Assembly: GCA_045639845.1 (NCBI GenBank)
Contig: JAZUDW010000107.1
Location: forward strand, 4,106-68,105
Origin: Bacteroidales bacterium
GTDB lineage: Bacteria > Bacteroidota > Bacteroidia > Bacteroidales > P3
Direction: 5' to 3'
Length of the DNA stretch: 64,000 nucleotides
Position numbers and translations under genes: made by a program
The notes under the pieces: generated by a model
The model's database searches: none
Seen by the model: the letters and a program-made list of their open reading frames with translations, nothing else
What the model was told of the DNA's origin: nothing
Part shown: piece after piece, positions 8,852 through 18,851 of the stretch
Numbering within the stretch: position 1 is the stretch's first letter
How the letters are laid out: every line of letters begins with the position of its first letter

Positions 8852-10213
8852 TTAGCGAGCCACGTTAGAAGCGGTTTTAAGGTTATCACCTTTTACACGA
8901 CCAAGGTAAGGCTGAACGCAACGGAAACCGATATAGCATTTAGCAGTATCTTGATACTCATAAGAACGGGTCTGAACCTGGATGAAATACTTCTGGTCTT
9001 TCCAAGAACCGCCACGTACCACTTTAAGTTTCATAGCGGGAGCATCATCGTCTGCTGCATTATACTCATAAACGGGCTGCATTGCATTGGCCACGATGTA
9101 TGTAGCATCGCTATAGCTATCAAGACACCACTCAGAGACATTACCTGCCATGTCATACAAACCATAATCGTTGGGTGCATAGTGGCCAACCATAAGTGTC
9201 TTCACACCACCGTCGTCGTCGTATGCACCACGGAGAGGTTCGTAGTTAGCCAAGAAGCAACCATTAGGATTGCGAACATAGGGACCGCCCCAAGGATAGC
9301 TTTCACCCTGCATACCACCACGAGCAGCAAACTCCCATTCAGCTTCGGTAGGAAGACGGAAATCGTTCATCTGAACATAGTCGATGCTCTCCAAGTATTG
9401 GTTGAGATAGTTGGAACGCCATACGCAGAAAGCCTTGGCTTGAACCCAACTTATACCAACAACAGGATAGTTATCATAAGCAGGAGAGGTGAAATACATG
9501 CGAGTGAAGTCCTCATTCATGCTATAGGTGTAGTCATGAACCCAGCACAAAGTATCAGGATACACATTAACGACCTCTTTCTTGATCATGCTAGAACGAT
9601 TATTCAAACCTTTAGGACGGTTTGCAAACATCGTACCTTTGTGTTCTTCTCTTACAGTGGTGGCACCTTCTTTCATAGACGACTCACGGTAATCGATCCA
9701 ATAATACTCATAGTTGAGCTTAGCAGGGTCGATAACGCGGCGACGATAGTAACGATCACGTTCTGCAAGATAAAGATCTTCGAGAGCTTCACGGTATTCT
9801 TGCTCATCCCAACGTATTTTCTCTTTCTTGTTGAGGATGGGAGGATCGATAGGCTCACCATATTCGTCTTCTTCGATCAAGAAACCATCGATACCAGCTT
9901 CGCCAAGCATGCGACGAGCAATCGAGTCAATAACGAAATTCACAAACTGACGATATTCGTTGTTGGTGATTTCGGTCTCGTCCATAAAATACGAGCTGAC
10001 CTGCATGGTACGAGGTTGGACAGGCTGTCCATAGGTAGCATTCTGAGCACCTGCACCCATGTGGAAGTTTCCCTGATCCACAAACACCATACCCTTAAGA
10101 TCGATGTCTTCGAAATAAGGACGCCCCTGAACGCCGACAAGTTCACCTTTGTCAGCACTACCGCAGCTCCAAAGCATCACTACGGTTGCGAGTAATAAAA
10201 AGACCTTTTTCAT
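8852..10213 (-). CDS. porK: T9SS outer-membrane ring lipoprotein PorK/GldK (FGE-sulfatase/SUMF1 fold)
   Basis: 453 aa. Lipoprotein signal ending LWSCGS. Formylglycine-enzyme-like blocks (LPTEAEWEFAARGG, RGGSWKD). Gene order is porP-porK-porL-porM-porN. Confidence 0.9.
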   Translation of the reverse strand: MKKVFLLLATVVMLWSCGSADKGELVGVQGRPYFEDIDLKGMVFVDQGNFHMGAGAQNATYGQPVQPRTMQVSSYFMDETEITNNEYRQFVNFVIDSIARRMLGEAGIDGFLIEEDEYGEPIDPPILNKKEKIRWDEQEYREALEDLYLAERDRYYRRRVIDPAKLNYEYYWIDYRESSMKEGATTVREEHKGTMFANRPKGLNNRSSMIKKEVVNVYPDTLCWVHDYTYSMNEDFTRMYFTSPAYDNYPVVGISWVQAKAFCVWRSNYLNQYLESIDYVQMNDFRLPTEAEWEFAARGGMQGESYPWGGPYVRNPNGCFLANYEPLRGAYDDDGGVKTLMVGHYAPNDYGLYDMAGNVSEWCLDSYSDATYIVANAMQPVYEYNAADDDAPAMKLKVVRGGSWKDQKYFIQVQTRSYEYQDTAKCYIGFRCVQPYLGRVKGDNLKTASNVAR

Positions 10214-10326
10214 ATAGTTATTTTTTTTCGTTTCTATATTAAATATGTATTAATAATTGGCCAGACAATAAGTAACCATCAATTATTATTTCCTTATTGT
10301 ACGCATAATCTCGAAAAAAGTTCCAA

Positions 10327-11346
10327 TTACCAATCAACAAATCGAGTATTTGCGCCAACAGTAGGCATTTTTGGAGGTATGACAACTTTGAAACAATAGC
10401 GCAGGTAAACCTCCAACGAACCATTACTCAAGCCTTCTTTATAACCACCAAGCTGAGAAGTAGTCATATCGTAGGAGATGCCAAGATTCAGATTCTGCCA
10501 GTTCACACCAGCCATGAAAGCAATAGCATCCTGAAAACGATAGGACACGCCACCCCATACCAGATTCTCGTAGGCGAGCAAGCACGAAAGATCGATCTGC
10601 ATGGTTTTCAGACTTGCCATCTTAAAAAGAGCAGAAGGACGAAGCTGGAACGAAGGATTGGCAGGAAGGTAATAAGAATAGCCGCCACCCAGCATAAGCA
10701 ATCGAGCATTCTGTCGATGCAGCACCTTACTCTTCGAGGCCAGTAAATTCTTTACAGAAGCGCTGAGCCAATAAGAGCCAGGCACTTGGTAGTATAAACC
10801 AGTAGAAGCATCAATCAAATAATCGGAAGCTGCAGCGCCTGATAGCATAGGGTCACCAGCCGACTGAACAGGATCTAGATAATTGCCAGTGAAATCATCG
10901 GAACCGACAAGGTTTTGATATTGAAGTGTGCTATTGAAGAAATTAACTTCGGCACCAGCAGCCAAGTTACCAGGGCCCCAAAAAATGCGGAAAGCATAAT
11001 CCAACGAAGCATAGAGAGCATCATTGTAGCCGAGTTTGTCATTAAACACGGTGAAGCCAAGACCACCATGGAGTGCTTTCACGGGTGAGTCAAAGGTAAA
11101 CAAATAGTCGGTAGGAGTGCTTCCGGCATCGATACCTGGTGCTGGCGAGTCTAAATTCAACCCCAACCATTGGTTGCGATACATCACCGAAGCGCAAATA
11201 GAGCCCGAGCTACCAGCGTAACCAGGGTTGAAGGAAAGGCGGTTAAACATATACTGAGTAAACTGCGTTTCCATCTGCGCCATGCCAGCACATGAAAATC
11301 CCATTATCATAAGAAATGATATGATTTTATTTAGTCTGATTTTCAT
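10327..11346 (-). CDS. porP: T9SS membrane protein PorP/SprF family
   Basis: 339 aa with a signal peptide, followed by QFTQYMFNRLSFNPGYAG, the PorP/SprF N-terminal signature. The remainder is beta-barrel-like. It is the first gene of the por operon. Confidence 0.85.
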   Translation of the reverse strand: MKIRLNKIISFLMIMGFSCAGMAQMETQFTQYMFNRLSFNPGYAGSSGSICASVMYRNQWLGLNLDSPAPGIDAGSTPTDYLFTFDSPVKALHGGLGFTVFNDKLGYNDALYASLDYAFRIFWGPGNLAAGAEVNFFNSTLQYQNLVGSDDFTGNYLDPVQSAGDPMLSGAAASDYLIDASTGLYYQVPGSYWLSASVKNLLASKSKVLHRQNARLLMLGGGYSYYLPANPSFQLRPSALFKMASLKTMQIDLSCLLAYENLVWGGVSYRFQDAIAFMAGVNWQNLNLGISYDMTTSQLGGYKEGLSNGSLEVYLRYCFKVVIPPKMPTVGANTRFVDW

Positions 11347-11448
11347 GTTTCAGTATTATATTAATATTAATAACAAATTTATTTTCAACTACAAAAACTC
11401 TAAACCCACTCGACATTTATGGAAAATGACAAAGTGTGTTTAGACTTG

Positions 11449-11456
11449 CAAAGATA
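11449..11456 (-). promoter_or_regulatory. Bacteroidota -7 promoter box (TAtcTTTG) for the porP-porN operon
   Basis: Exact TAnnTTTG on the coding strand, about 100 nt upstream of the porP ATG. Confidence 0.6.
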
Positions 11457-11582
11457 GCAAGAAATCTTTATGTAGTCCTTTTTTTTTGCGACTTTTTTGA
11501 AAAAAAGTTTTCAATAGATTGATATTCATCAAAATGAAGTCCAAAGAACTCCAAACCGCTATTTAATGTTAAAAAGCATTGA

Positions 11583-12527
11583 TTATTTAGCCTCAATCAA
11601 CGTACTTTGGGGGCACACAGACAGCAATGACTGTTGAACCAAAACAGCTCTCTTTTCCCTCATCGAAAGCGGTAGGCGAACTCTCACTTTGGTTGTTCCC
11701 GGATTCATCTCAATCTCGGCAATATCATGATACTGGAGGGGCAATTTTGATATTACTTTCTGTGCATCGCTACGCGTATTAGCCTCGCAAAGAATCAGGT
11801 CGTAAAGCGGTGGCATATTGGCCGAGGAAGATGTTTGAGTAGGAGCAGTTTGTGCATCAGCATTTCCAGTGCTATTACTCGACGAACTCGAATTTTTAGG
11901 AGCAGAGCCCCCACTCTTTTCAGGCTGCGTTTTTTCATTCAAAACGCCACTTGATCGATCGGGATTTTTGGCGTGGCGAGCATCATCACCACCAGCATCG
12001 GATTGGGCTAACGGTAGAGGCGGTGTCAGTAAAGAAGAGTTATAGGCACTATTTGTTACAGAACGCGTTACCGGGAGCGTCCCTACAAAGGCAAGAAAAT
12101 CTCCATTTTCCATCAACGACTTCAACTCATCTTGTCGTTCCCAAAAAGAACTATAACGCTGAGGAAGAACCTGAACGGTAACAACATGTGAAGTGATTCC
12201 GATATTCTTGGCTGCTTTACGTGTCATATCCAAGACACCAGCTTTCGGGCATCGGTCATTCACTTTCACAATAACTTGCTTACCGTTGGTAGGGTTGGTT
12301 ACAAGAAGAAGAGTGCCTAATTTCAATGATTTGTGAGCGGCAGTGTAAAGATTCTGGTTAAACACTTCACCACTCGATGTCTTTCGGCCCACAAACCTAT
12401 CGCTGTAGAATGTTGCCTTCATCTTATGGGGAGTAAGCGTATCACTCGAAGAGATACCTTGAGCCCATACAGACAACGAACTCAACAGCAACACAGCTAT
12501 CATAATGAGTCGATTTTTCATAGGCAT
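11583..12527 (-). CDS. rlpA: RlpA-like septal lytic transglycosylase (DPBB domain, Ser-rich linker, SPOR-like C-terminus)
   Basis: 314 aa with a signal peptide. Double-psi beta-barrel block ATFYSDRFVGRKTSSGEVF...LLLVTNPTNGKQVIVKVNDRCP. Low-complexity linker (NSSSSSNSTGNADAQTAPTQTSSS). C-terminal region of about 80 aa is SPOR-like. Confidence 0.7.
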   Translation of the reverse strand: MPMKNRLIMIAVLLLSSLSVWAQGISSSDTLTPHKMKATFYSDRFVGRKTSSGEVFNQNLYTAAHKSLKLGTLLLVTNPTNGKQVIVKVNDRCPKAGVLDMTRKAAKNIGITSHVVTVQVLPQRYSSFWERQDELKSLMENGDFLAFVGTLPVTRSVTNSAYNSSLLTPPLPLAQSDAGGDDARHAKNPDRSSGVLNEKTQPEKSGGSAPKNSSSSSNSTGNADAQTAPTQTSSSANMPPLYDLILCEANTRSDAQKVISKLPLQYHDIAEIEMNPGTTKVRVRLPLSMREKRAVLVQQSLLSVCPQSTLIEAK

Positions 12528-12616
12528 TGATATTAGTTAAACATAATGGCAGGCACCACAATAAGAAAACGACACCCACCGTGAATTATTCAATAATTAA
12601 CGGGCACGCTGTTCCT

Positions 12617-13135
12617 TTACCAGTTGACCGCATCAGGCGCGAACCACTTACCATGTAGTCTCAACACCTGCTCTATGATATCTCTCACACAGCCACGCCC
12701 ACCCGGATACAAAGAGACGTAATCAGCCACCTGCTTCACCTCTTCTACCGCATCAGCTGGGCAAGTGGCCACTCCGCAATTTTGCAACATCTCATAATCT
12801 GGGATATCATCGCCCATCACAACCACCTGACACTGTAACAGATTATTATCTTCAAGAAATTTATTGTACGTATCAATCTTACGGGAGCATCCCATGTAAC
12901 ATTGGGAAACACCCAGCGCCGACATCCGATTGGCTATACTCTGCGAAGTGGCACCCGAGATACAGGCCACAATATACCCCTTCTTTACAGCATATTGTAT
13001 AGCGTAACCGTCTTTCACATTACCACTGCGAATCGTCTCACCATTATAGAGAGTCCAAACACTTCCATCAGTCATTACGCCGTCGAAGTCAAACACAAAA
13101 GCCTTAATTTCGTTCAATTTTGCCTTATAGTTCAT
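12617..13135 (-). CDS. kdsC: 3-deoxy-D-manno-octulosonate 8-phosphate phosphatase (HAD superfamily, KdsC)
   Basis: 172 aa. HAD motif I FVFDFDGVMTDG, plus GDDIPD; size and layout are typical of KdsC. Confidence 0.8.
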   Translation of the reverse strand: MNYKAKLNEIKAFVFDFDGVMTDGSVWTLYNGETIRSGNVKDGYAIQYAVKKGYIVACISGATSQSIANRMSALGVSQCYMGCSRKIDTYNKFLEDNNLLQCQVVVMGDDIPDYEMLQNCGVATCPADAVEEVKQVADYVSLYPGGRGCVRDIIEQVLRLHGKWFAPDAVNW

Positions 13136-13145
13136 AATACCTTAA

Positions 13146-14111
13146 TTATAAAAAACGATGAGGAACCAAGTAATTTTGAACATAGTCAAACACACCTTCA
13201 CGCAACGAGTAGAAAGGAGCCTCATACCCCACCCTACGAAGTTTCGTCATATCAGCCTGGGTATAGTATTGATACTTGTCTCTGATATCCATAGGCATAT
13301 CCACGAAATTGATTTTCCTTTCTTTACCCAAGGCATCAAAAGTTGCGTATGCCAATTCTAAGAAAGGCATTGCCTTACCAGTACCCAAATTATACAAACC
13401 ACACTCCGGACGGTGTTCCAATAGAAACATTACCACCTTCACAATATCTTTCACATACACAAAGTCCCTAAGCTGCATACCATCTTCAAAGTCAGGCCTG
13501 TGCGAACGGAACAAATTCATCATCCCATTTTCATTAACCTGTTCAAAAGTATGAAGCACCACAGATGCCATACGTCCTTTATGATATTCATTAGGGCCAT
13601 ACACATTGAAGAACTTCAATCCTGCCCAGAACGGAGGCTGTTCCACTTGAGAAAGAGCCCACTTGTCAAAATCATTCTTCGAGCGGCCATAGAGATTGAG
13701 CGGTCTTAAACGATCCACGACCTCGTGACTGTCACAATATCCCAATTCACCTGCGCCATAGGTGGCAGCACTAGAAGCATAGATCATAGGTATCTGTAAA
13801 CGGCAACAATGCTGCCACACCATTTGCGAACAGCCAAGATTCAACTCAAGAAACACATTCCAATCCGGCTCGGTCGTATCGCTCCTGGCGCCCATATGCA
13901 CTATAGCCTCAACTTCGGATCCATGTTGCAACAACCAAGAGTCCAGATCCTTACGATCCACTAGCTGTGCATATTTCTTATGCTTCCAATTATCAACCTT
14001 GGTTGGTCGATCAAAATCATCAACCAACACCAGATTTTCAACACCATTCTGATTCATCCCGCCAGCTATAGCGCTAGCAATAAAACCAGCAGCACCTGTA
14101 ATAACTATCAT
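13146..14111 (-). CDS. hldD: ADP-L-glycero-D-manno-heptose 6-epimerase-like NAD-dependent epimerase
   Basis: 321 aa. Rossmann motif ITGAAGFIAS. Collinear with E. coli HldD/RfaD as I recall it (YASSAATYG, LNLYGRSK, FNVYGPNEYHKGRMASV, RDFVYV, YQYYTQAD). Its ATG overlaps the stop of the upstream gene (ATGA). Confidence 0.75.
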   Translation of the reverse strand: MIVITGAAGFIASAIAGGMNQNGVENLVLVDDFDRPTKVDNWKHKKYAQLVDRKDLDSWLLQHGSEVEAIVHMGARSDTTEPDWNVFLELNLGCSQMVWQHCCRLQIPMIYASSAATYGAGELGYCDSHEVVDRLRPLNLYGRSKNDFDKWALSQVEQPPFWAGLKFFNVYGPNEYHKGRMASVVLHTFEQVNENGMMNLFRSHRPDFEDGMQLRDFVYVKDIVKVVMFLLEHRPECGLYNLGTGKAMPFLELAYATFDALGKERKINFVDMPMDIRDKYQYYTQADMTKLRRVGYEAPFYSLREGVFDYVQNYLVPHRFL

Positions 14112-15445
14112 GACTCTATAGAATTCATTTTAAGTTTCTCACCATAATCAAGCATCTGTTCATACACCTCACGCCAACCTTCCCAACCAAAGCATTCACT
14201 AAGATTCTCATTATGCCAGATACAACTAAACACACCTTTCACCCTATACACTTCATCCATCAGTTGCTGATACACAGGCCACGCATCATGAGGCGACATG
14301 CCCTTATATCGCTTCAAGGTAGCCTCCATGATAGCAAAAGGATGGATAGTAAGAAGCATTTCGCTATCTGTATTTAGATTAAAGAAAGGATACGGCGTAC
14401 TGATACCCGACCTAAAGCCTGGCTCATCAGCGAAGCCCATCGTATAATCGTGTTCTATACCTACACGCATCAACGAACGGTAGGACAAAGGCAATCGCAA
14501 CCGAAGGAAATGCCCCCTGTTGCGAACAATGTTTCTATTCACAATCTTCTGCAATCGATCCACCTCCGTATCAAGCTTATGCACATCCTCAAAAGCACCA
14601 TAACTGGAATGAATCCCCAGCTTGGCATAGTCACCCAAATGTTTCAAAAGCTGCTGAAATTCCTCTACGTGATAGGAAATATTTTTATCATACCTTCCGT
14701 AGTCAGCCAACAATACAAAAAATATCATTGGGATGCCACGGTGCTTCATCTTTAAATCGATAATATAATCGAAGGTGTCAAAAGGATCTTGCTCCTTGCG
14801 AAGTAGCACCTTGAGACGGTGCTTCACCTCATCCATATTATGGCTCTTCGCCACATCCTTGCCCATGCCGATAATCGTACGGGCCACACCCTTGTGTTTA
14901 TAACAATATGCAGCGTCAATATCAACCGTATTGACCATCTCGAAATTACGGAGAGGTAGAACAAAGTCCGAATATCTGGCGACCAGTTTGTCGGCCAACA
15001 TCATTGCCCAACGCTCCACCACAGCTGTATGCAAAAAGCCATGCTGATAAGCAACACTCTCTTTTGCCATAAACCTATTATGCGCATCCTGCCGATGTGG
15101 TAGATACTCCTCGTAACGCGAAAGCATGAAGAACGAAGCCGCCAAGAGGTCGAAATCAAAATCCAGATCCCTACCATAAACAGGATACAAAGCCGCAGTG
15201 TCGCCAATCCAAAAAGTATGAGGTTCTTGTTCAATGACATTAGTCTGAAGAAGCAAATCGGTAGATTTTATCCACACGCTATCACATATACGCTGACTGC
15301 CATAGCAAAGGCGAGGGCCCTCGTATTTCTCAAACATGGCTATGCTAGTAGTAATCTCAAAGTCCACACGCAACACCGTACGGAACAACACCTTTAAAGT
15401 GTATCCTATACGATTAGTCAGCTTCGGAACAAATATCAATAGCAT
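14108..15445 (-). CDS. Conserved hypothetical protein, possibly polysaccharide-deacetylase-like
   Basis: 445-aa ORF translationally coupled to the epimerase gene and preceded by a TAnnTTTG box. The coding call is solid. The deacetylase-like function is only a weak impression from the C-terminal half (HSSYGAFE, NRGHFLRL, DYTMGFADEPGFRSG). Confidence 0.45.
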   Translation of the reverse strand: MLLIFVPKLTNRIGYTLKVLFRTVLRVDFEITTSIAMFEKYEGPRLCYGSQRICDSVWIKSTDLLLQTNVIEQEPHTFWIGDTAALYPVYGRDLDFDFDLLAASFFMLSRYEEYLPHRQDAHNRFMAKESVAYQHGFLHTAVVERWAMMLADKLVARYSDFVLPLRNFEMVNTVDIDAAYCYKHKGVARTIIGMGKDVAKSHNMDEVKHRLKVLLRKEQDPFDTFDYIIDLKMKHRGIPMIFFVLLADYGRYDKNISYHVEEFQQLLKHLGDYAKLGIHSSYGAFEDVHKLDTEVDRLQKIVNRNIVRNRGHFLRLRLPLSYRSLMRVGIEHDYTMGFADEPGFRSGISTPYPFFNLNTDSEMLLTIHPFAIMEATLKRYKGMSPHDAWPVYQQLMDEVYRVKGVFSCIWHNENLSECFGWEGWREVYEQMLDYGEKLKMNSIES

Positions 15446-15514
15446 AAGTGCACTACTTTATTTTTATCTTTGGGAATCTTACACAAGAGCCCTTCGACAA
15501 CATTTTTGGCGATG

Positions 15515-15522
15515 CAAAGATA
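15515..15522 (-). promoter_or_regulatory. -7 promoter box (TAtcTTTG) for the 14108-15445/hldD/kdsC gene string
   Basis: Exact motif 70 nt upstream of the ATG at 15445. Confidence 0.55.
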
Positions 15523-15886
15523 CATCTTTTTTTTCAATTACGTTAAATAAAACATGCAACGCACTGATAACAAACATACATAAAGCAAATTTTTTACTTA
15601 ATATTTCATCAATACAACAGCACATAATACAATTTTCACACCTCTTCCCATTGCACATTTATCAACTATACCATGTACCAAAGGTAGGTTGACGAACCGA
15701 ACAATAGTCCTATGAAAGGTATCATACAGCCCTGCCACATACGCTATAGTATAGTAAGGGTTATCACTATAGTACTGCAATGGGCATCACTATAGTACTG
15801 TGTGAATCGCACATCAATACACCTCGACAATCAGGGATAATATACCCCCAGCAAAAGACTATTGTCTTTGTTTCCGAGACACTATA

Positions 15887-15924
15887 TAAAATAAGAAAAG
15901 GTGCTGCGTACAACATGCAGCACC
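15887..15924 (-). terminator. Intrinsic terminator after 15950-16498
   Basis: 8-bp stem ggtgctgc/gcagcacc followed on the minus strand by TTTTCTTATTTT. Confidence 0.65.
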
Positions 15925-15949
15925 AGCGTTTTATAAAACTGAAAAATCC

Positions 15950-16498
15950 TTATACAAACATCTTCTCCATGTGATATCCCATGCGATACAATTGTACAGC
16001 AGCACCCATGATATACAATTGGTGCAGACAATCCACATAAGCATCGAAAGCCTCTTTGGTTGCCGACTGGATTCCTTCACGACGAAGAGCAGCATAGGTA
16101 CGTTCGGCACATTCCTGAACCAGTTTCTCCGTATCGTCGAAAGCCGGCTGGCCCAATCCCAACACAGCGCTACGGATATATTCATCCATCACATCATAGC
16201 CACCTTTGTCTCGCAGATATACATACAGGTCGTCCATCTTGCCATAGATTTCCCAAGCATCATCCCAATATTTGGCCACCGCCATGCCAAGATACATCAT
16301 CCATCCCAAACTCACCGTCGGGTAGTTGGCAAACTCCCTGATACCGTCGGGCAGATACGACTCAGCAATCTTAGGCCATCGTTCTTCTATATCACTAGCA
16401 TCGGGGAATCGCTCGTCGATTTCCTTTACCGAGAGCAAATAGGTACGCAAATCCAAAAAGAGTCTTTCCTCAAAGGTTTTAATATTTTTCTCATCCAT
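15950..16498 (-). CDS. Hypothetical cytoplasmic protein
   Basis: 182-aa ORF with an ATG start, balanced composition and no signal peptide. It is followed by a hairpin plus T-tract terminator. I did not recognise a family. Confidence 0.5.
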   Translation of the reverse strand: MDEKNIKTFEERLFLDLRTYLLSVKEIDERFPDASDIEERWPKIAESYLPDGIREFANYPTVSLGWMMYLGMAVAKYWDDAWEIYGKMDDLYVYLRDKGGYDVMDEYIRSAVLGLGQPAFDDTEKLVQECAERTYAALRREGIQSATKEAFDAYVDCLHQLYIMGAAVQLYRMGYHMEKMFV

Positions 16499-16512
16499 CG
16501 TCTGTCAACTAG

Positions 16513-17253
16513 TTATTTTTTAGACCACGTAGGTATCTTGATCGTCAGACCCACCATCAGATCAGCCATCTCAACCATACGTTCATTGTTACTGAAATTA
16601 TGTCCGCCACTCACATGAATCATCCACCACTGGCCACCTATACCCAATTGGACCATCGGTGTTGTTATCCAATGCCATCCCGAATCCGTCCATTCTTTAT
16701 CCACACACCATTCCCCTTGTTCTCCCGAATAGTCGTACAATTGTGCATGATAGTGAGTAAAGAGGCATCCTGTGCGCAACCCCACGCCAGCCATCAGCGA
16801 CAGACGAGGGCACCAGCCAGGGTGGTAGGCAGGAATACCCATATCGACTTGCAAGAAAGGATGATGGCCCAATCCACTATAAAACTCATTGTTATAGCCG
16901 AAGATACTTCCGCCACGCGCCTGATAACATTGCCGAACAGCATAGCCGCCGAAGACCTCGGTGGTGATATTCGGAGTCAGGGGGGCATAGTAGCCAAGCA
17001 TCAGTTGTTGATGCGGTTGTTCAAAATTAGAAGAATAGAAAGCAGCGCCCCAATGGTCAGTGATCGCATACGAGGCATCAAGTTGATAATAGAACCCCTG
17101 GCCCAACGCCACCACGGGCGTCATACCCGCCGTCACCTGCAGATCACCCCTCTCTTGCAACAAGGGCATCTTGGCCACTTGCGGCTGATAGTAAGCACAG
17201 CCACCAATCCCCCCCACAGTCAGCATCAACAAAAGAAGCAATTTGTTTCTCAT
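16513..17253 (-). CDS. Hypothetical exported protein, probable lipoprotein or small outer-membrane beta-barrel
   Basis: 246 aa. Signal peptide with Cys (LLMLTVGGIGGCAYY). Gly/aromatic-rich alternating pattern consistent with beta strands. Confidence 0.5.
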   Translation of the reverse strand: MRNKLLLLLMLTVGGIGGCAYYQPQVAKMPLLQERGDLQVTAGMTPVVALGQGFYYQLDASYAITDHWGAAFYSSNFEQPHQQLMLGYYAPLTPNITTEVFGGYAVRQCYQARGGSIFGYNNEFYSGLGHHPFLQVDMGIPAYHPGWCPRLSLMAGVGLRTGCLFTHYHAQLYDYSGEQGEWCVDKEWTDSGWHWITTPMVQLGIGGQWWMIHVSGGHNFSNNERMVEMADLMVGLTIKIPTWSKK

Positions 17254-17262
17254 CGCCAGCTA

Positions 17263-18591
17263 TTATTCCGCACCCAAACGAGCCTTCCACTTCTCCTGCT
17301 CTGCCTTCAAGTCTATCAACGACTTCACCGGAGCTATACCCGCACTGGAATTCTTCTCTATAGCCTTCAGCACAGCGCCGCCGCCGGTAAAGATGTAGTA
17401 ATCTTTGCTATCCAAAGCCATAATATAGAGGCCCGGCAGCAATCGCTTCAGTTCCTGCATCGTATCGCCGCCACCATACAGTTTCACAGCATGAGGATTG
17501 CGGTCTATGATAGTATCCAGACCGATAGTACCCTCATTGAAATGGGGCACATAGCCCATCACGGCATTCACAAAGATCGTCTTAGCCGAAAGGAACACAT
17601 CCTGTATCTCCTGCACCTCATACGAACGAGGATCCACATCAAGCACATAATTCAGCTGTGCTCCCTTCTCCAGGGTGCGTACATCATGTACGCGATACTT
17701 ACCCTCAATCTTCTCGCCAAAAACATCACTCTCGCAGATAAACGGCAGCTCAACTATCTTCTTTGGGAATTGCGAAGCATACTCCACAAACTTTGAAGCC
17801 TGCTCCACGTCACCCTCCGTGACACCTTTAATATTGATACCGTATTTGGCACATAGATACGCATTGTAAATCACACCGCCCAGCACCAGATAGTCGGCTT
17901 TCTGAAGCAGAGAATAGAGCGACTCGATCTTGGTATCGAACTTACTACCCGCCACCACAGCCACAAAAGGCTGTTTGGCCCTAAACACACGCTCCAGATT
18001 CTCGATCTCCTTCTGCATCAAAAAGCCAGCATAGCTGGGCAAGTATTTGGTGATGCCCACCGTCGAGGCATGTGCCTGCCAAGAACCGAAAGCATCATTC
18101 ACATATATATCAGCCAAACCCGCTAGTTGGTTCGAGAAGCGTTCATAGTTGGCATCAGTAGCCTCCTCGCCCTTAAACCAACGAGTATTGGGCAGATAAA
18201 TCATATCGATCTCATGATTACGCAAACGACGGATCGAATGATTGATATTGCTCTCAATCGAAAGATAGCCCTCCGAACCATGAGTATAGAAATCAGGCAC
18301 CTCGATCGAGAGATGAAGCTTATTCTCCAGATATTCCACAATAGGGCGTACCGACGTATCGTCGCTCTGGTTGATCGATCCATCTTTCTTATTGCGAGGA
18401 CGACCCACGTGCGTCATCAAGATGATCTTACCACCTTTCGAAAGAATATAAAACAATGTACCAAAGGTAGCATCGATACGGTAAGGGTCGTGGATAACAC
18501 CCGACTTCACAACATTATGATCCACACGAACCAGCACCACCTTATCTTTAAGGTCGGCTTCTTGAATCAATGGTAGGTCTCTCAATGGCAT
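17263..18591 (-). CDS. pgk: Phosphoglycerate kinase family protein (divergent)
   Basis: 442 aa. PGK blocks are present but altered: RVDHNVV (canonical RVDFNVP), HVGRP, YVNDAFGSWQAHAS, GGGDT. Confidence 0.7.
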   Translation of the reverse strand: MPLRDLPLIQEADLKDKVVLVRVDHNVVKSGVIHDPYRIDATFGTLFYILSKGGKIILMTHVGRPRNKKDGSINQSDDTSVRPIVEYLENKLHLSIEVPDFYTHGSEGYLSIESNINHSIRRLRNHEIDMIYLPNTRWFKGEEATDANYERFSNQLAGLADIYVNDAFGSWQAHASTVGITKYLPSYAGFLMQKEIENLERVFRAKQPFVAVVAGSKFDTKIESLYSLLQKADYLVLGGVIYNAYLCAKYGINIKGVTEGDVEQASKFVEYASQFPKKIVELPFICESDVFGEKIEGKYRVHDVRTLEKGAQLNYVLDVDPRSYEVQEIQDVFLSAKTIFVNAVMGYVPHFNEGTIGLDTIIDRNPHAVKLYGGGDTMQELKRLLPGLYIMALDSKDYYIFTGGGAVLKAIEKNSSAGIAPVKSLIDLKAEQEKWKARLGAE

Positions 18592-18753
18592 AACAACAAG
18601 CTTCTTTTTTTCGGCACCCGCAATAATGCCGCAGCAACATCACGACAGCACCTTTTATTCAACAAAAACGCACCTGTTTTTTATAGCATAATAATTTAAT
18701 GCTTAGGATGTTTCGGACGTGCGCTATCAAAAAACATCACACATTAACTTTTG

Positions 18754-18761
18754 CAAAGATA
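18754..18761 (-). promoter_or_regulatory. -7 promoter box (TAtcTTTG) upstream of the pgk-like gene
   Basis: Exact motif about 165 nt upstream of the ATG at 18591. Confidence 0.45.
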
Positions 18762-18851
18762 CACAAGCCAAACGAAACGAGCAAGAAGAAAGGAGAAATT
18801 TTATCTTTCGGAAAGCCTGTTAGCACAGAAAAAAAACACCATCTCTCCGGA

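Noticed and set aside
8951-10195. 414-aa ORF on the + strand opposite porK
   Set aside because: The reasoning is the same as above. The minus strand encodes a lipoprotein with FGE-sulfatase blocks, while the + product has no signal sequence or motifs and has the typical antisense composition.
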